The notes below the pieces were generated by a model that was given only the letters and a program-made list of their open reading frames with translations, was not told the origin of the DNA and did not search any database. 64,000 bases of DNA from Neoechinorhynchus agilis. Its lineage: Eukaryota > Animalia > Acanthocephala. A program made the position numbers and the translations under genes. Shown here in pieces: positions 37,306 through 50,299 of this stretch. Positions within the stretch are counted from its first letter, which is position 1, and every line of letters begins with the position of its first letter. The DNA lies in NCBI GenBank assembly GCA_051530055.1, contig CM121341.1:11386784-11450783 (forward strand), in the 5' to 3' direction.

Positions 37306-38360
37306 AACCCTGTTTAGTAAATAAAATACATTTTTTGCCTGCAATGATCTTTAGCCCATAGTATGATGAAACCATCAATTTCAAGCGGTTTGTAGCTGTG
37401 AACGTATTCTTCGGATAACTTTCGCCAATGTTTCTTCGGCTGTAAAACAGTTCTTTGTTAGTAGTGTTATTTAGGTCCTCACCCGGTAAAGAATTTTTAC
37501 TAAAGACTGCTCGTACCTCATGATTCATCTTTTATTAACTAACCAACTGATCATGAACTCTAATAAAATAATTATTTACCTTGTGAATACTGGAAAAAGT
37601 GACATTCGATTCGCAATTATTAATATTACGAAGATTAATTAAAACATCACCTAAAAGTTGAACAAAGATGGACTCAAAAAAGCACGGCTTTGAGTTTAAA
37701 TTCAAATCTATTTCGTTTAGAATATTTTGTCGTGATCTGTCACGATTAACAACATATAAATCAAAAGCTTTGAAGAAGGTTAAGTGATGAATTTAAGTAC
37801 GAAGATGGGACTTTTTAACGCAAATTCTCAGTGGACGGGGAAATGCAATTAATGCTACATTTCACGCTATGTTCATTGCAAGGACTTCACATGCAAAGTT
37901 ATTTTTTAACATATAACAATTTGATTTCGACGCAGCCAAACTCAATGATTGTGTTGGCACAATCTTCAGAGACAATTTTTTTTGCCGAGGATGAAAATGA
38001 TGCTCCATTCCCATCGGAACTCTTTTAATCGATATGAAACTAAAATTTGCAATTCTTTCAAAATGAATAATAAAATCCATTTATCTATATACGTAAATTA
38101 ACCTATTTAGAAACTGGTTGGATCATCGTATGTAAATTAAAAGTTACTTATAATAATTAGAAAAGCAGGACCAATTATCTACCTTCTTAGGACCTTTTTG
38201 TTCAAGAATATGTAGCTTATAAATAGTGTGAATTTCTAAATTACCTTGTACGCGATGTGTTATAAACGAGAAAATTACGTGAATTATTATTTTCGCTGCG
38301 ATCCTTTGAATATCCTTACCCGTGATCGAAAGTCAATATTCTTTAACTTATCAAGCAAAA

Positions 38361-38922
38361 TTAAAATTCACTTGCCATAGCCAATTTTTTCTCCTTTGCT
38401 CTCCTATTCTGAAACCAGACCTTAATCTTGTGCTCTCAATTAGTGTATGATTTTATCAAAATGGAGACTTGCCTGACTCTCAGAAACTCCAATGATGTTC
38501 GCTAATCGATTTTTCGTTGCACTTGAGACATAAACATTTTTTCCAAATTCAAAATTAAGCAATTCCAACTGTTGTTTTGTGTAAACTGTCCTCTGGCGTC
38601 TTCTTTTATGATTATTTTTTATTTTGGGCGTCAAGTCCACTCCTCTACCTGTACCACGAATTAAATGCTTAAATTCCACAACAACGTACTGACCGCCAAA
38701 AATGATTCCGCGTTTAAATTCTAGGTGATTCTTAGAAATAAAATCTACTGCACAAGCTTCTGGAAGTTGTATGTTGATTTCATTGGAGATTTGTGACCTC
38801 GCGACCGTTGGAGTATCCTCTTGAAAATTTGGCGAATATTGAACTTTATCGACTTTTATCCTTCTTTGTACCATTTTCATGCTCGTTTTATGTATTGGGG
38901 CGGGAGGCAAAAATTCACTCAT
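38361..38922 (-). CDS. Divergent ANTP-class homeobox protein (Q50); exons 38922-38473 and 38426-38361, GC-AG intron
   Basis: RRQRTVYTKQQLELLNFEF...GVSESQ|IKVWFQNRRAKEKK; intron gcaagt...cacaag is 46 nt. Confidence 0.88.
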
Positions 38923-40040
38923 TGCGCTCTGATATATGAGAAAATTCTTTTAATATATGGCAACACAAGTCATTTCTCGAACTAATGAGCAGTTTACGAT
39001 TGTATTGTTCTCTTTCTCGAGTAGTTCCAGACGCAATTACGACCTTTGGAATATAATTGTATGTTACCGAAAGTCGGATCAAAAGAAAAATACTTTCACT
39101 CTCGAAATAGGCTCATTATTTATTGCCATCTGTCTCTTGGCATTCATATGGATTCTATATTTTTTAATTGATTTCAAAAAGCATTTTGACACCATTTTAA
39201 TAAAGGTGTCGCATCTTGACAAAGGTGCTGACAGGAGGTACTCGACCTTAAAATCATTCGTGCGTTGTCACTCACCTTTATGGCACTTTAAAAGGAACAA
39301 AATAAAGTTGATTATAGTCCAAAATTGATTCATTCAGCTTTCAAAAAATATTGAATTTTTCGGTTTGATAAAGTCACTCGTATCGTACTTTTCTGACTAA
39401 TCAGATTAAACTCGAGTTTAATTTTCCCATCTGTAATTTCAAAGTATTTCGCCGCTACTGGCTTTAAACTATTTAAATCACGTAATCAAATTAAGAAAAA
39501 GGAGGCTTTTGATTAAGCGGAGCTTTAGATATTTCAAAATGCAAATTTTACAACTCACATCTGACTTTTTGTTCCCTAAAATCTTAGATTTTTCATAAAT
39601 TTTGATTTTGATTGATAAGATCGATCCCACGATAATTTCGATCAATTATTTCTCTCAGGAATTCAGTACTGTTCATCCCGTTGCGTTTATCGTGGATTTC
39701 GCTCATGTTCACACACGGTAGTGTTCTATTTCTCACGCTTGAAACCTCTTGGGGATAATTGAAATTCGACCGATTTGACAATAAGTGAAGGTGCGCCACC
39801 CATTTCCTTGATGCCAGGAAATACACTCCCTAAATGCTTAATCGATTGTAACTGACGAATGTCTCAGTTGGATGATTTCCTACTCAACTGACAATCCCGC
39901 CTCTTTAGGACTTCCTTCCACCCTTTTTTTAATTTGATACGTAAATTTCCTGTGCTTTAAAGTGCTTTATGGATTATGCCGAATTTATTGCAAAGACTAA
40001 GTTGTGAATATATTACAAATTAAACAAACAAATTAAATGT

Positions 40041-40853
40041 TCAGTAGTGATTTAGATAGTCACTTCTTCGGGGTACTTTAGGCATTATATCCTCATTTGC
40101 CGATTTTTCGAGATGTCTTTTTCTGTGGTTGACGACAACATGCGATTCGGGAGTTGTCACTTCGCTAACACTTTGAATTGTATTTTGACGTTTAAATTTT
40201 GATCTTCGATTTTGAAACCAGATTTTTACCTAAAAGAAATATTCGCTGAAAAATGAGCGTCGAAATAAAGTTATGCTTACTTGACCCTGAGTCATTCCAA
40301 GAGCACTTGCCAAATGTCTTCTTTTATCCGTGTCCACGTAATGACTCCTAGCGAATTCACGCTCGAGAACGTCCAATTGATTTCTCGTATAAATAGATCG
40401 TGCCTGCCTAACTTTTCTACCTCGATTATTGTTTGTCGCTGCAGGCAAAGAATGTCGATGCTGAATCGCAATGGATTCCGGTTGAATATAGCTAGGTTGA
40501 TGCTGCGAATGGTCATAAAATTGAAGACTTTGTGCAGGCTGATACTGTTGATTCAGATTGCTGTATTGATCAGCAGGTCCAGCTCCATATTGATGACTAT
40601 TTAAATAATTTGAATACGATGGTTGATGGTAAAAGTAATCTTGAGCTGGATATGTGACTGATTGACCCTGCGGTGGGACGCCATACATCGAACCGGAATT
40701 TGAATATAACTGTTGCCGAGACGACTGCGTATCCACACTGTGAAACAGATTTTGATAATTTTGCGACTGTTGCTGCTGCTGAAGTGAATTGTCATTATCG
40801 GCATTTTCAACTGGAGTCATATCAAAATTCTGATAATTTTGCTGATTATTCAT
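40041..40853 (-). CDS. Dlx/Distal-less-like homeobox protein, divergent; exons 40853-40281 and 40229-40041
   Basis: KVRQARSIYTRNQL...LASALGMTQGQ|VKIWFQNRRSKFKR with a Q/Y/S-rich N-terminus and a 51-nt GT-AG intron. Homeobox call is firm; the Dlx assignment is moderate. Confidence 0.85.
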
Positions 40854-43800
40854 TTTTAAAGCTATAATTTTAAAGATGATTGCTAACGCTTCGTCGGTTG
40901 TAATCTGTCAAACAGTTAGGTAAGTTCGTTCTGCAAGTAAGCACTTATAATTATTCTCGCTGACTGCGGGTGAGGAGATCGGTAGTGGATAGAGCGTTTT
41001 GCAAAACGGGGTTCGACAGTATCGCGAAGTGCGAGCGCTTCGTTTCCTGATTGGCTGGAAGCACACAGAGGGTTAATTGCGCTGTCTTTTTTAAGGCGCT
41101 CCGTAAATCGATTTCATATGCTCGTGAGTAAAGCGCATTTAGAGATATCACACCCGTTGACCTTTGAACGAGTGCTATATCTTATCAGTTACAATATGGT
41201 TTTCATCGGTGGTTTTTTAATTAAAAGTTATTGCCCAGAGGCGTGGCTCCTGGTTCATTTGGAGAGATACAGCCGTCTTCGTATTATGATTAACGGATGA
41301 ATGACATGTGAAGGGCAAAGAAAATATTAAACACATGGTCAATGTTACCGTATTGCTCCATCAAATGCAGTAATTTTTATGCTTTTCACTAATAGTTTTC
41401 TTAAGGCGAAGGAATGTTGTTTTTTGAATTATTTAAGCTTGCTAGCTATGGCAATGCTCACAATGGCAAAGAAATCAAATATAAAGATAAATAAAAAATT
41501 TAGAGTTTGTATTAAATATTATCATAAATTTGGGGAATTTAAAAGTTATAAATAAAACATTATTTGTCGCCGAAAAGCCTTTGAAAAATTGCTTGATGCA
41601 CTGTTTTTCCTCTGGATTTACCCATCGATATATCTTAATGGCCTTTAAAACGAAAGATGACCTAACTTGGACTTAAAAAAGTTAATTGATTGATCATCGC
41701 GCGTGGTGATAAAAATTAAAATCGAAATGAAATATTCTATATCTAAGAGAAACATTGGGCTTGTTCATTTGAAGGCTTCGCAAAACAGATTCAATATTAC
41801 TAATGAAGCGTCGAAAAAGTACCGTTCTATTTCCTTGGCAATACCGGAAACACAATTTAAGTCTTCAAGACTGGGCCTAAAATTTTCCGGCTCATAAGCT
41901 TTTGAAAACGATTTACGTTCAAAGTTTTTAATTGCGGATATTGGAAGCAGCACAATTTTAGTTAGGTTATTGTTTGGAGTTTTCACTCGTCTAGAATAAT
42001 TATTTAGCATTCAATCAAAAACGGATAAAAACAAAAAAATTTCATCGACATTAAGTCATCTACGATTAAATCAAAGCATTATTTGATCAAAGAAAGTTTA
42101 AATTGCTTCAGTTTGACTTAACTAAATAACAAACACCGGCAATGATTGTAACTTACTTCGTTACCGAGCATTACTGACTAAATTCAATCGATATTATTTA
42201 CCACTAATACAAAAGCGCTGAATCGTTTGCAACTTCAGAAAAAGTATGAGAGATTAATTTGATACATATACCTTATACCTATCATTGTTCAAAAAAGTGC
42301 CTATATTCCGACAATCATTCATCGGGGTGTCAACTCGTTGTTAAAAGTGAGGGATATCCATTGAACCGTTAGATTTTCAAACATCATTCTAATTTTCTTT
42401 GTTCTTTCAAATTAACGCATTTTGACATCTGATTGATTGTTCCTTACAGAAACAAAAAAGATAGCAATCAGCAAATTTTCGCGGTCTGATATTCAGAGAA
42501 TTTTTAAAAATCGGATAACGTAATAATTATTCTCTTTTTAAGGCAGCCTATTTACAAAATAAGTTGCATATTTCGAAAAAGTTTAAGTCCGGATGGTATA
42601 TTTATGAATTTATTACACGTAAATTACAATCTGATTTAATTAACACGTGCGCCATTTTTGAAATTTAGATTTTTTAAGGAAATTAAATTTTTATACCTTT
42701 GAGGTTGATAAGGGAGCTAAAAGTTCAAGGAATATGAACTTTCTTCGTTTATCGACTCAATGTACAAAACGAATAAAACAATATTACTAAACAAAACACC
42801 TGTCACGGTCGTATCCACATTCTCAGCTTATCGGTGTTGTCAAAATCACGGGATTGCAGTATTGCGGCTTCAAGTCGTCAAACGAATGCTTTGTCCTAAG
42901 TGCGTACTTGATTCTTCGACTGCTTGTCATATCTTTCGCCCAATCACAGGATTAGCAAGACTTAAAGTGTGAATGCTTAAAAGAAATAGTAGAGCGCTGC
43001 ACATTATCGCAAAAGGAATTTACATTTCGAACACCAGATATTCTGGTATTTTCTGTACTGAGTAATTACGCGATTAATGCACTCAGCACCTTTTAAAATT
43101 ATTCAAAATTTATATTCCAGAATTTCTCTACGCAAAATGTTTTTAGTGTAGATAATTATTATTCATTTTTCCGTTTGCTGACTAGTTCAATCAGTGTTTT
43201 GTATCTCGACTTCAATATGTCTCGAATTTTATAGTAAGAATAAAGACTAGATACGCATTCGAACTTTTTTTTACTGCTTAAGTTTTTGAAAATGAAAACT
43301 CCGTGTTTAATCAACATTACTTGATCTACAACGTGGCGGCCTAATGGGAAGGGAACGTTGCATCCGTCCGTTTGACCATTATACCAAGACGGCAGCTGAG
43401 CGATCTAGAGCGCTGGCGTGAATGTTTATAAATACTTTTTTGTCCAGTTATTAAATCAAATCAACGTTTAAAAAGCAAAAAAAATTAAGAAATTTTTATG
43501 TAAAAAATTCTTGAGATTTGGGTACTTTTTGAAAAGGTTCATTCATTCGATGAAGCGAGAGCGCATAATAAATCTAGTTACTTTAATTATCTTCTAGGTC
43601 TAACGCAATCAAAGAATTTACGCTCATGTGTTCAAATTTGTAGAATTATTGCAGTATTATTTTAGATATTCGAGCCTTTTTGTCTTAATTTTAAACATCT
43701 TTTCGGCTAATTTATAAGGATTGTGAAATTCAAGTCTATGCAAACGTCTGATTAAAACCTCAGAGTAAACCATAATTCTCATCTTGACGTTATAAATGAT

Positions 43801-44088
43801 TGAATTATTTTTGTGCTTAAAACACATGATTACAAAATTAAAACTTAGTGTTTTCGGTGAACGCCGAAAAAATGATATATTTATCCTTTAAGATTGCTTT
43901 CCTATTAAACGATAAAGCGCAAAAGAGACTGATTTACGACTTGCTTTCGGACACAATCACGATTTGGACTATATTTTCTGCATTGGTTTTTTGGTGATTC
44001 AATCCTTGAATTCACAAAGACAGTTTATTTATTTGTAAATTTCATATTCAGAAAATACAACATTAAAGTTAACGCAAACAGGTCGGCA

Positions 44089-45364
44089 TCATTCTACGAA
44101 TTCTTGGTTGTATGCTCTCAAGTACAACAGAACCACCATTGGTTGCCCGAAAATCACGGCTAACCATAACACGAGATTGGCAGCTTGTCCATTCTTTTCT
44201 GGTGGTAGAATCCATTTGAGAATATAATCAATAAAAGGTTGACTAAACATAGCTACAAACATGCCGCCAAATTTTCCTACTTTAGTGGCTCTCAAAGCAA
44301 TACTGGCAACATATTCATGCAGAGCTGCCGACAGGGCAAAGGATCCGATCACGGCCAAACAAACATTTCCTCCAGTGAGTTTACGAATGGGATAGAAGAT
44401 GTGTTGCCTCACGAAAAGATGGACTGGGACATTCCATTTTCGCCAGAACGTTGACAGGTCGGGGCAATTCCACCAGTCAGAGTAGAAATGATGATCTGCG
44501 AACCGCAGGAGTTCGGCATTAAGATTTAGAACCGAGTGGAAGATCCAGTAGAAAGACGTTATCCAGAGAATGTGACCGGGAAGAGCTATACGAGTCAGAA
44601 ACACAAATAAATCGAATTTACTGTTGGTTGGACATTGTTTAACTATCGGCATGATCCACTGTTCCACGATAATGATAATTAACGAGCCTATGAAGACGAT
44701 TTCTACACATCTTCTTAGGATAAATCCTAATCTTCTATTCGGTCTGCGGGTATACGAACGTTCATAACAAAGAGTTGGTGCTGCAATGAAGTAAAGGAAG
44801 GAATTTATGATAGGTGATGACATGTAAGAGAGTAGAATGCCATCCCTGTCTGAATGTAATCGGAGCTGGTTTAAGAGACTCCTCTACACAAATAAATGAG
44901 ACCAGTTTCATCCAGCAAATCACGTACATGCTCAAAATGAACACACAAGTCACCGGGTGCATTGGAGTTTCGTATCGATCCGTGAGTTGAATAGCGATCG
45001 GCGGAGTCGCTAAGAGAATTGTTAAATTCATGGCGTGTAGAAGAATTCGAATGGTCTTGGTGAAACTGGTGAAATGAGTTTGGATAAAGAACCCAAATAA
45101 GAGAAACAGGATTGAGATTGAAAGCACTATGAGCCATCGGCCAGCCATTAAAGCCGAGACCAGTGGATGAACCCTTACGATTAGTCCGTATTTGATTAAG
45201 GTTTCTGTTGCGAGCCTACTCGTTGAAAGTGCCAGCAAAACGATACATTGATTAAGAATTCCACGGTAGTCAGTTGCTTGCTCCGAGCCAAGACTTAACA
45301 GTGATTCTTGATTTAAGTGGTGGTGGAAAAGTGAGCTATCCTTTTTCGAATTCGTTGAAGGCAT
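44089..45364 (-). CDS. DGAT1: Diacylglycerol O-acyltransferase 1 (MBOAT), intronless, frameshifted at ~44796-44803
   Basis: ESLLS..YRGILN, MKLVSF, YFIAAPTLCYE, FYSDWWN, FWRKWNVPVH, SAALHEY, NLVLWLAVIFGQP across two overlapping frames. Confidence 0.9.
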
Positions 45365-45543
45365 CAAAATTGATGATAGGTTTGACTGTCTTGAAAACAA
45401 AAAGGACTGTTTTGTTGCATCTCGTATGATGGGAAATAAAAACGTGGCGAATTTGTCTTATTAGTTTAAAATATTTGGGGTCATATTCGTTCTAGATTAA
45501 ATATATCTGAAGACTTTTCAAGAAAATTCGTATCTAATAGAAA

Positions 45544-47749
45544 ATGACGTCCGAAAATACAATACCAAATGTCCAAGATATGGCCAAAATGTAAGTTTTG
45601 ATGAACTTGACTTTATGTTTGAAGATTGAATTGTTCTGATGTTTTGTTATGGCGAAAAAGTTAAGTGTTTTACTCGAATTCAATAAATCATTTCAATTTT
45701 CCGCCATAACAAAACAACTTCACTTTAGCTCTTCGAATCTCACATGACTTATTGAACTACTATTTAAACCTTTTATGTTAAGTAAGAAAATATCTGGCCA
45801 GTTTGCGTATAATCATTTGTAACTTTTGCAAATGGTTGCATGCAATAAAAGCGATCGCAGATCAATTAAACTTTGCACATTAAATATTTGCGAATAGCTA
45901 TGACTGTTCATTTGGTATATTTCAACAAAATATTGTATTCATTCGAAAATGAACGAATGGGCGGAATCAATGAATGAACACATTTTCCATTTTTATTTGG
46001 TTTTTGTATACTACCAATGCTCTATAAAATTTCCAATTTTTCTATATGGTTATCAAATAACAAAATACGCACTTTTCAAACTGAAGAATAAAAATGTAAC
46101 TTGGTTATTTATTTTTGAGGCGAACTAAAATTAAAGCGTTTATGTAATGCATTTTTGATTTTCGAACTTGATCTAAATTATTGAATTCATTTTTACTTCT
46201 TCGATCGATATGGTATTGTGGAGCAACTGTTCAGATAGAAAGAGATGTTCTTCGTTTACACGAATAAAAAATATGAAGGACTTAGAAAAAACCAATCTTT
46301 AAAAGTAACCGGAGCAGATTTATATTTAAGATAGATTAAAACCTTAGTTTTTGAACATCTCCCTGCTTTGAACCGAGATCTTGACGTGGTGGCAGGGGTT
46401 AAGTGTTCCAATGATTTAGAGAGTTAAGCCGCCTGGAACATTTGTTGCTCGAAGGGTTACCCATGTCGGACAAATCTTCGGTGAGGTTCCTGACAAAGGG
46501 CGGTTCTGCAACACTCCTTTCCTTCCACCGTCGGATTTCAACTTATCTGCCGTGGGCAATGGGGAAAGCTGTGCCAAGCAAGTGGAAGATGAAGTGGCGC
46601 TCTAATTCCACTCTAAGCATTCACGTCAAAGACCTCATTCATTTGGGAACTATTCCCTTCTCAAGTCTGGTGGCGATGAGCTACTGGTGACGGAGGCAGG
46701 GGAAGGTGAAACCTTGGAAGCCTCTAGTCAGGAACTTCCACATCAGCGGTATCAGCAAGATGGTCGCTGTTTGATGAACCTGGCATCAACATGAAACCTC
46801 AGCAGCTGCTGATACGTCGAGCAGGGTTTTTGTGGCCGTAGTACTGCTCTCTCCAAACTGGAGAAGGCCCAAGAAAAGGTGGGCTAAAAAAGCTTGATGC
46901 CCACAACTACTCGACCAGGAAAGTGCACCTGGCTGTGAAGGTACTCCGTCGCTTAATGGGTATTTTATTGAATAAAGAAATATTTCGAAAGAGGAAGCCT
47001 AGTAGAAAACTTACAAGTAATGGCTGATGAGGCTTCGTCTTTTGAAAGATTTCTTAACAATAAAAAACCTCTTAACCGGGAGGGGAATAGTATCTTAACT
47101 ACAATTCTAACTTTATCAACCCGAAGGATTTCCTCTAACATAATTTTCAATTATTTCAGTTTACTCAGAAAACGGTTCGTTCTGGTTAAAGAGCTACGAG
47201 TAAAAGCCAATCTGTTTGAGCATAAAACTTTTCCCAAGGCATGGTTAAATTTCCAGCTGCTGAATTAAGTGCTTCAGACAAGGAAGTGGAGCGTAAATAT
47301 GCGAGCGTTGGCATTACTCAACCCATGATGCAACTTTAGCCACCGAGCTACTTTTTCTTCAATCCAATGTGATTATTCACTATTTGTTTATAAGAAAATA
47401 GTTATCACTGAATTCCGTTGTCATTCTTGAAGAGGTCAAACATTCGCCTCTTAAATTTCGACTTAAAATATGCCTATTAAAAATGGTATTCCGATATGGT
47501 AAAATTCGCGTATTCTTTTTATAAACCCATTGGTAGTTTTCCAAACAAAAATTGTTGAATTCATGTATTTGCTAAGGATCAAAATTCAACGAAACTATTT
47601 TTTTTGTAAAGCGAGAAACGTTTTTGTACATGTTTCCTAGGGAGACCTTTAATCTCGAACGCTTGAATAAAAGCGTCTATAGTGAAGGTTTGACAGCAAA
47701 CAGTTTAAAAAAGAACATGAGTAGATGTCAGTGTTTTAAGCACGACTAA
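45544..47749 (+). CDS. Speculative two-exon small protein (45544-45590 joined to 47641-47749) with a beta-thymosin/WH2-like motif
   Basis: Strong donor AT|gtaagt and strong acceptor tttcctag|G are phase-compatible and give DMAKMETFNLERLNKS. The pairing of these exons is a guess. Confidence 0.25.
46360..46950 (-). mobile_element. Highly decayed LINE 3' fragment of a different family
   Basis: GC-rich island. Minus-strand frames give SPVW, TYQQLL, LMWKFLTRG, HWN..., SRFK remnants with many stops. Confidence 0.4.
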
Positions 47750-48068
47750 GCGCTCTGCCAAATCTAAAAGTAGAAATTCGATCGTTTTCTAATAAAACAC
47801 GTAGTATTCGCTAAATTGAAATATTTGCAAACTCGTTGAATTATACCTTTCGATTACCTAATTTGCTCCAGTTTCGCTCATTTCGGTCTATCTTTACGTT
47901 CGTTTCGACAGTTGATCCAAATAACTTAAAGGTCAACTAAAAAAATGAAAAAAAGGAGTAAGTGTCGAATCTTAGAAACAATAAATTTTAATGACATGAC
48001 GACAGCATAATAAAATTTTTTTAACTATACGAAATAAAAAATATCTTGATGAATGAAACTGCTCATGA

Positions 48069-48268
48069 TTGTTGTGTAGTGGCGACAAAATTATGTAAAT
48101 TTATTGAAGCGATATTTCGGCTCAATCCAGAGAATTTATCAAGATTGTTTTCGAACGCTGCCAGTATACTGGCAACGTCAAGAAGTTCACAGGAATAAAT
48201 TGTAATCGTTGTAAATTAATAAATTTTCGAAAATAAATTTACATAATTTTGTCGCCACTAGACAACAG
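48069..48268. mobile_element. MITE family F
   Basis: Arms tgttgtgtagtggcgacaaaattatgtaaattt / aaatttacataattttgtcgccactagacaaca. Confidence 0.7.
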
Positions 48269-49059
48269 TAAAAAATATCCAAAAATTACATAAAAATCCT
48301 TACTCGAGTTCAAAGAACCACAGCCAATTAATCATTATCGAAATATTCTTGATTAGGTGCTGCTTAATATATTGGCACCCAAATCCAGAAAACCTTTATT
48401 ATCTCAGTTTAAAACTATTTTTATAACATTCAAAAATAAGAAAAATGCCAAAATATGATTAAAATACCTTCAGGGAAAGATGGATCGCATTTTAATATTG
48501 AAGCACAAAAAGATTTCGAATATCGTTAAAGTGCGCTTCTTTAATCGATGACAAAAGAGCTTGGTGATACTTTTTTCAATTATAACGCTGAAGATCTTTA
48601 AACTCGGACAATAACTAAAATATAGAATTTTTCGAGCAATGACTGATGAGATGGGGCGCCCTCTCTCGAAATATCTCAATACGTTTTATACGGGAAATAT
48701 TAAAATCTAGAATGCTTAATAAAATGGAAAATCAGTGAGAATAATATTTCAAGATGGTAAAAAACATCGTCACAATTTTGAACAGTTTGATTGCAAGAAA
48801 ATTGCCAATCCAGCATTTTAATTACCCCACAAAACCTCATTTTACAGTTTTATGAGCAAAAATTATGGTCAATTCATAAAAAACTGATTTTAATGGCACA
48901 TCAAAGGTTCACATATTGAATTCGGCACTAAGAACTTCCCCATAAACCCAAATTCAGACACGCTTACGTCACAAAAACTGAAAGGATTCTTCCGGCGTTA
49001 TGGTAAGAAAGCTATCCCAACTCGCACGGATTTCACATCGGAGTCGTTATTGAACGCAA

Positions 49060-49489
49060 ATGAGCACTTCTCCAAGCGATCAGAACCCGTCGGAGGGTAC
49101 AGTTGCGACTGATGAAATTTTGGCGGTTGATGCGTTCAAATGCAGGGTTAGTTTGTCATTGAGAACATTGTGTAGACCATTTGAATAGTTGGAAGAGCTA
49201 TTGGCTCATTTACAAGACAGCTTTAAAGATATGACGTCAAAAATAACTGAGAAAAATATCCTTTTTTGCGCTAACCTAAAATTTAGTAATATTTTCCTTA
49301 ACGAATTTTATTTTAATGGACGCTGTGAATGACAGATTGAATGCTCTTGAGGCGATGATTGACGAAGCAACAACCAAAAACACCAACGGCATTCCTTCTC
49401 CGAATGGTCACGACACTTCAACCGATTCCGGAAGCTCAAAGCATCATGCGCTTGGATCGAATCGAAATTTTGGAGATAATGAGAATTGA
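49060..49489 (+). CDS. HSBP1: Heat shock factor binding protein 1; exons 49060-49146, 49189-49255, 49317-49489; 108 aa
   Basis: Spliced product LEELLAHLQDSFKDMTSKITEK-MDAVNDRLNALEAMI aligns without gaps to the recalled HSBP1 coiled coil [37 protein letters not shown]. Confidence 0.8.
49256..49316 (+). other. U12-type (minor spliceosome) intron, apparent AT-AA termini, 61 nt
   Basis: 5' site ATATCCTTT, branch site TTCCTTAAC at 49294-49302, frame-preserving 3' end ...TTTTAA|TG. Confidence 0.75.
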
Positions 49490-49709
49490 CCGTTTGGGTT
49501 ATTGGCAAGGAGAGCGAGAGTAAAAAGTCTGAGTGGTCAAATAAGTGTTTAAGTGGGAGATAAAAAATGCAGGAGAGTGCTTAGCATTTTTCACCACTAC
49601 ACAACAATCATGCGCAGTTTCATTTTTCAATAGAAATATATATGTTGAAATCTCGAAAACTATTTTGTTTTATGATAGATATGTTTTAAGATTATTCTTT
49701 TTTTCCATA

Positions 49710-50234
49710 CACGGCTGAATTATGGGCACACGGTCCACCGATTTCGGCCTGGGAAAGCGCTGGTCTAGATTCAATGCCCAAGACCGTACGGTTACAAGTT
49801 TTTACATTCCTCCGGATCCTCAGATACCTCCAGGAGACGGGACTCATCAGTGAGTTTGTTCCCTTCAACACCGGGGATTTCGTCCCGTTTGGTTATCAAA
49901 GGATTATCGTCTGATCCACCAATAAGAATGCTTAAACCGAAAAGCTGATGTATGGCGAAGTTTGTACATTCTGTAGTTGTGCTGAGGTTGTCACGTGGAC
50001 GTGAGCCCTGAATCGCAGTTTCCGCGTCAAAAAGGTTCAAAATCCACGATTGCCGATTATTCATAGCCAAAGGGAACGATATGATATACCCTTGTTGAAG
50101 GGAACAAACTCACGGATGAGTCCCGCCTCCTTGGATGGGGATGTACAAACTCAGAACCGTACAATCTTGGGCATTGAGCGTATACCAGCGCTTCCCAGAC
50201 CCAGATCAGTGGACTGTGTGTCCATTCAGCTGTG
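49710..50234. mobile_element. MITE family D, full-length fold-back copy with TA duplication
   Basis: ta|CACGGCTGAAT ... ATTCAGCTGTG|ta, with imperfect inverted arms of ~160 bp. Confidence 0.8.
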
Positions 50235-50299
50235 TATGGTAAAAAGAATAATCTTAAAACATCTATCAAAAGACTACCGGTTGAGCCATCCATTAGAAT

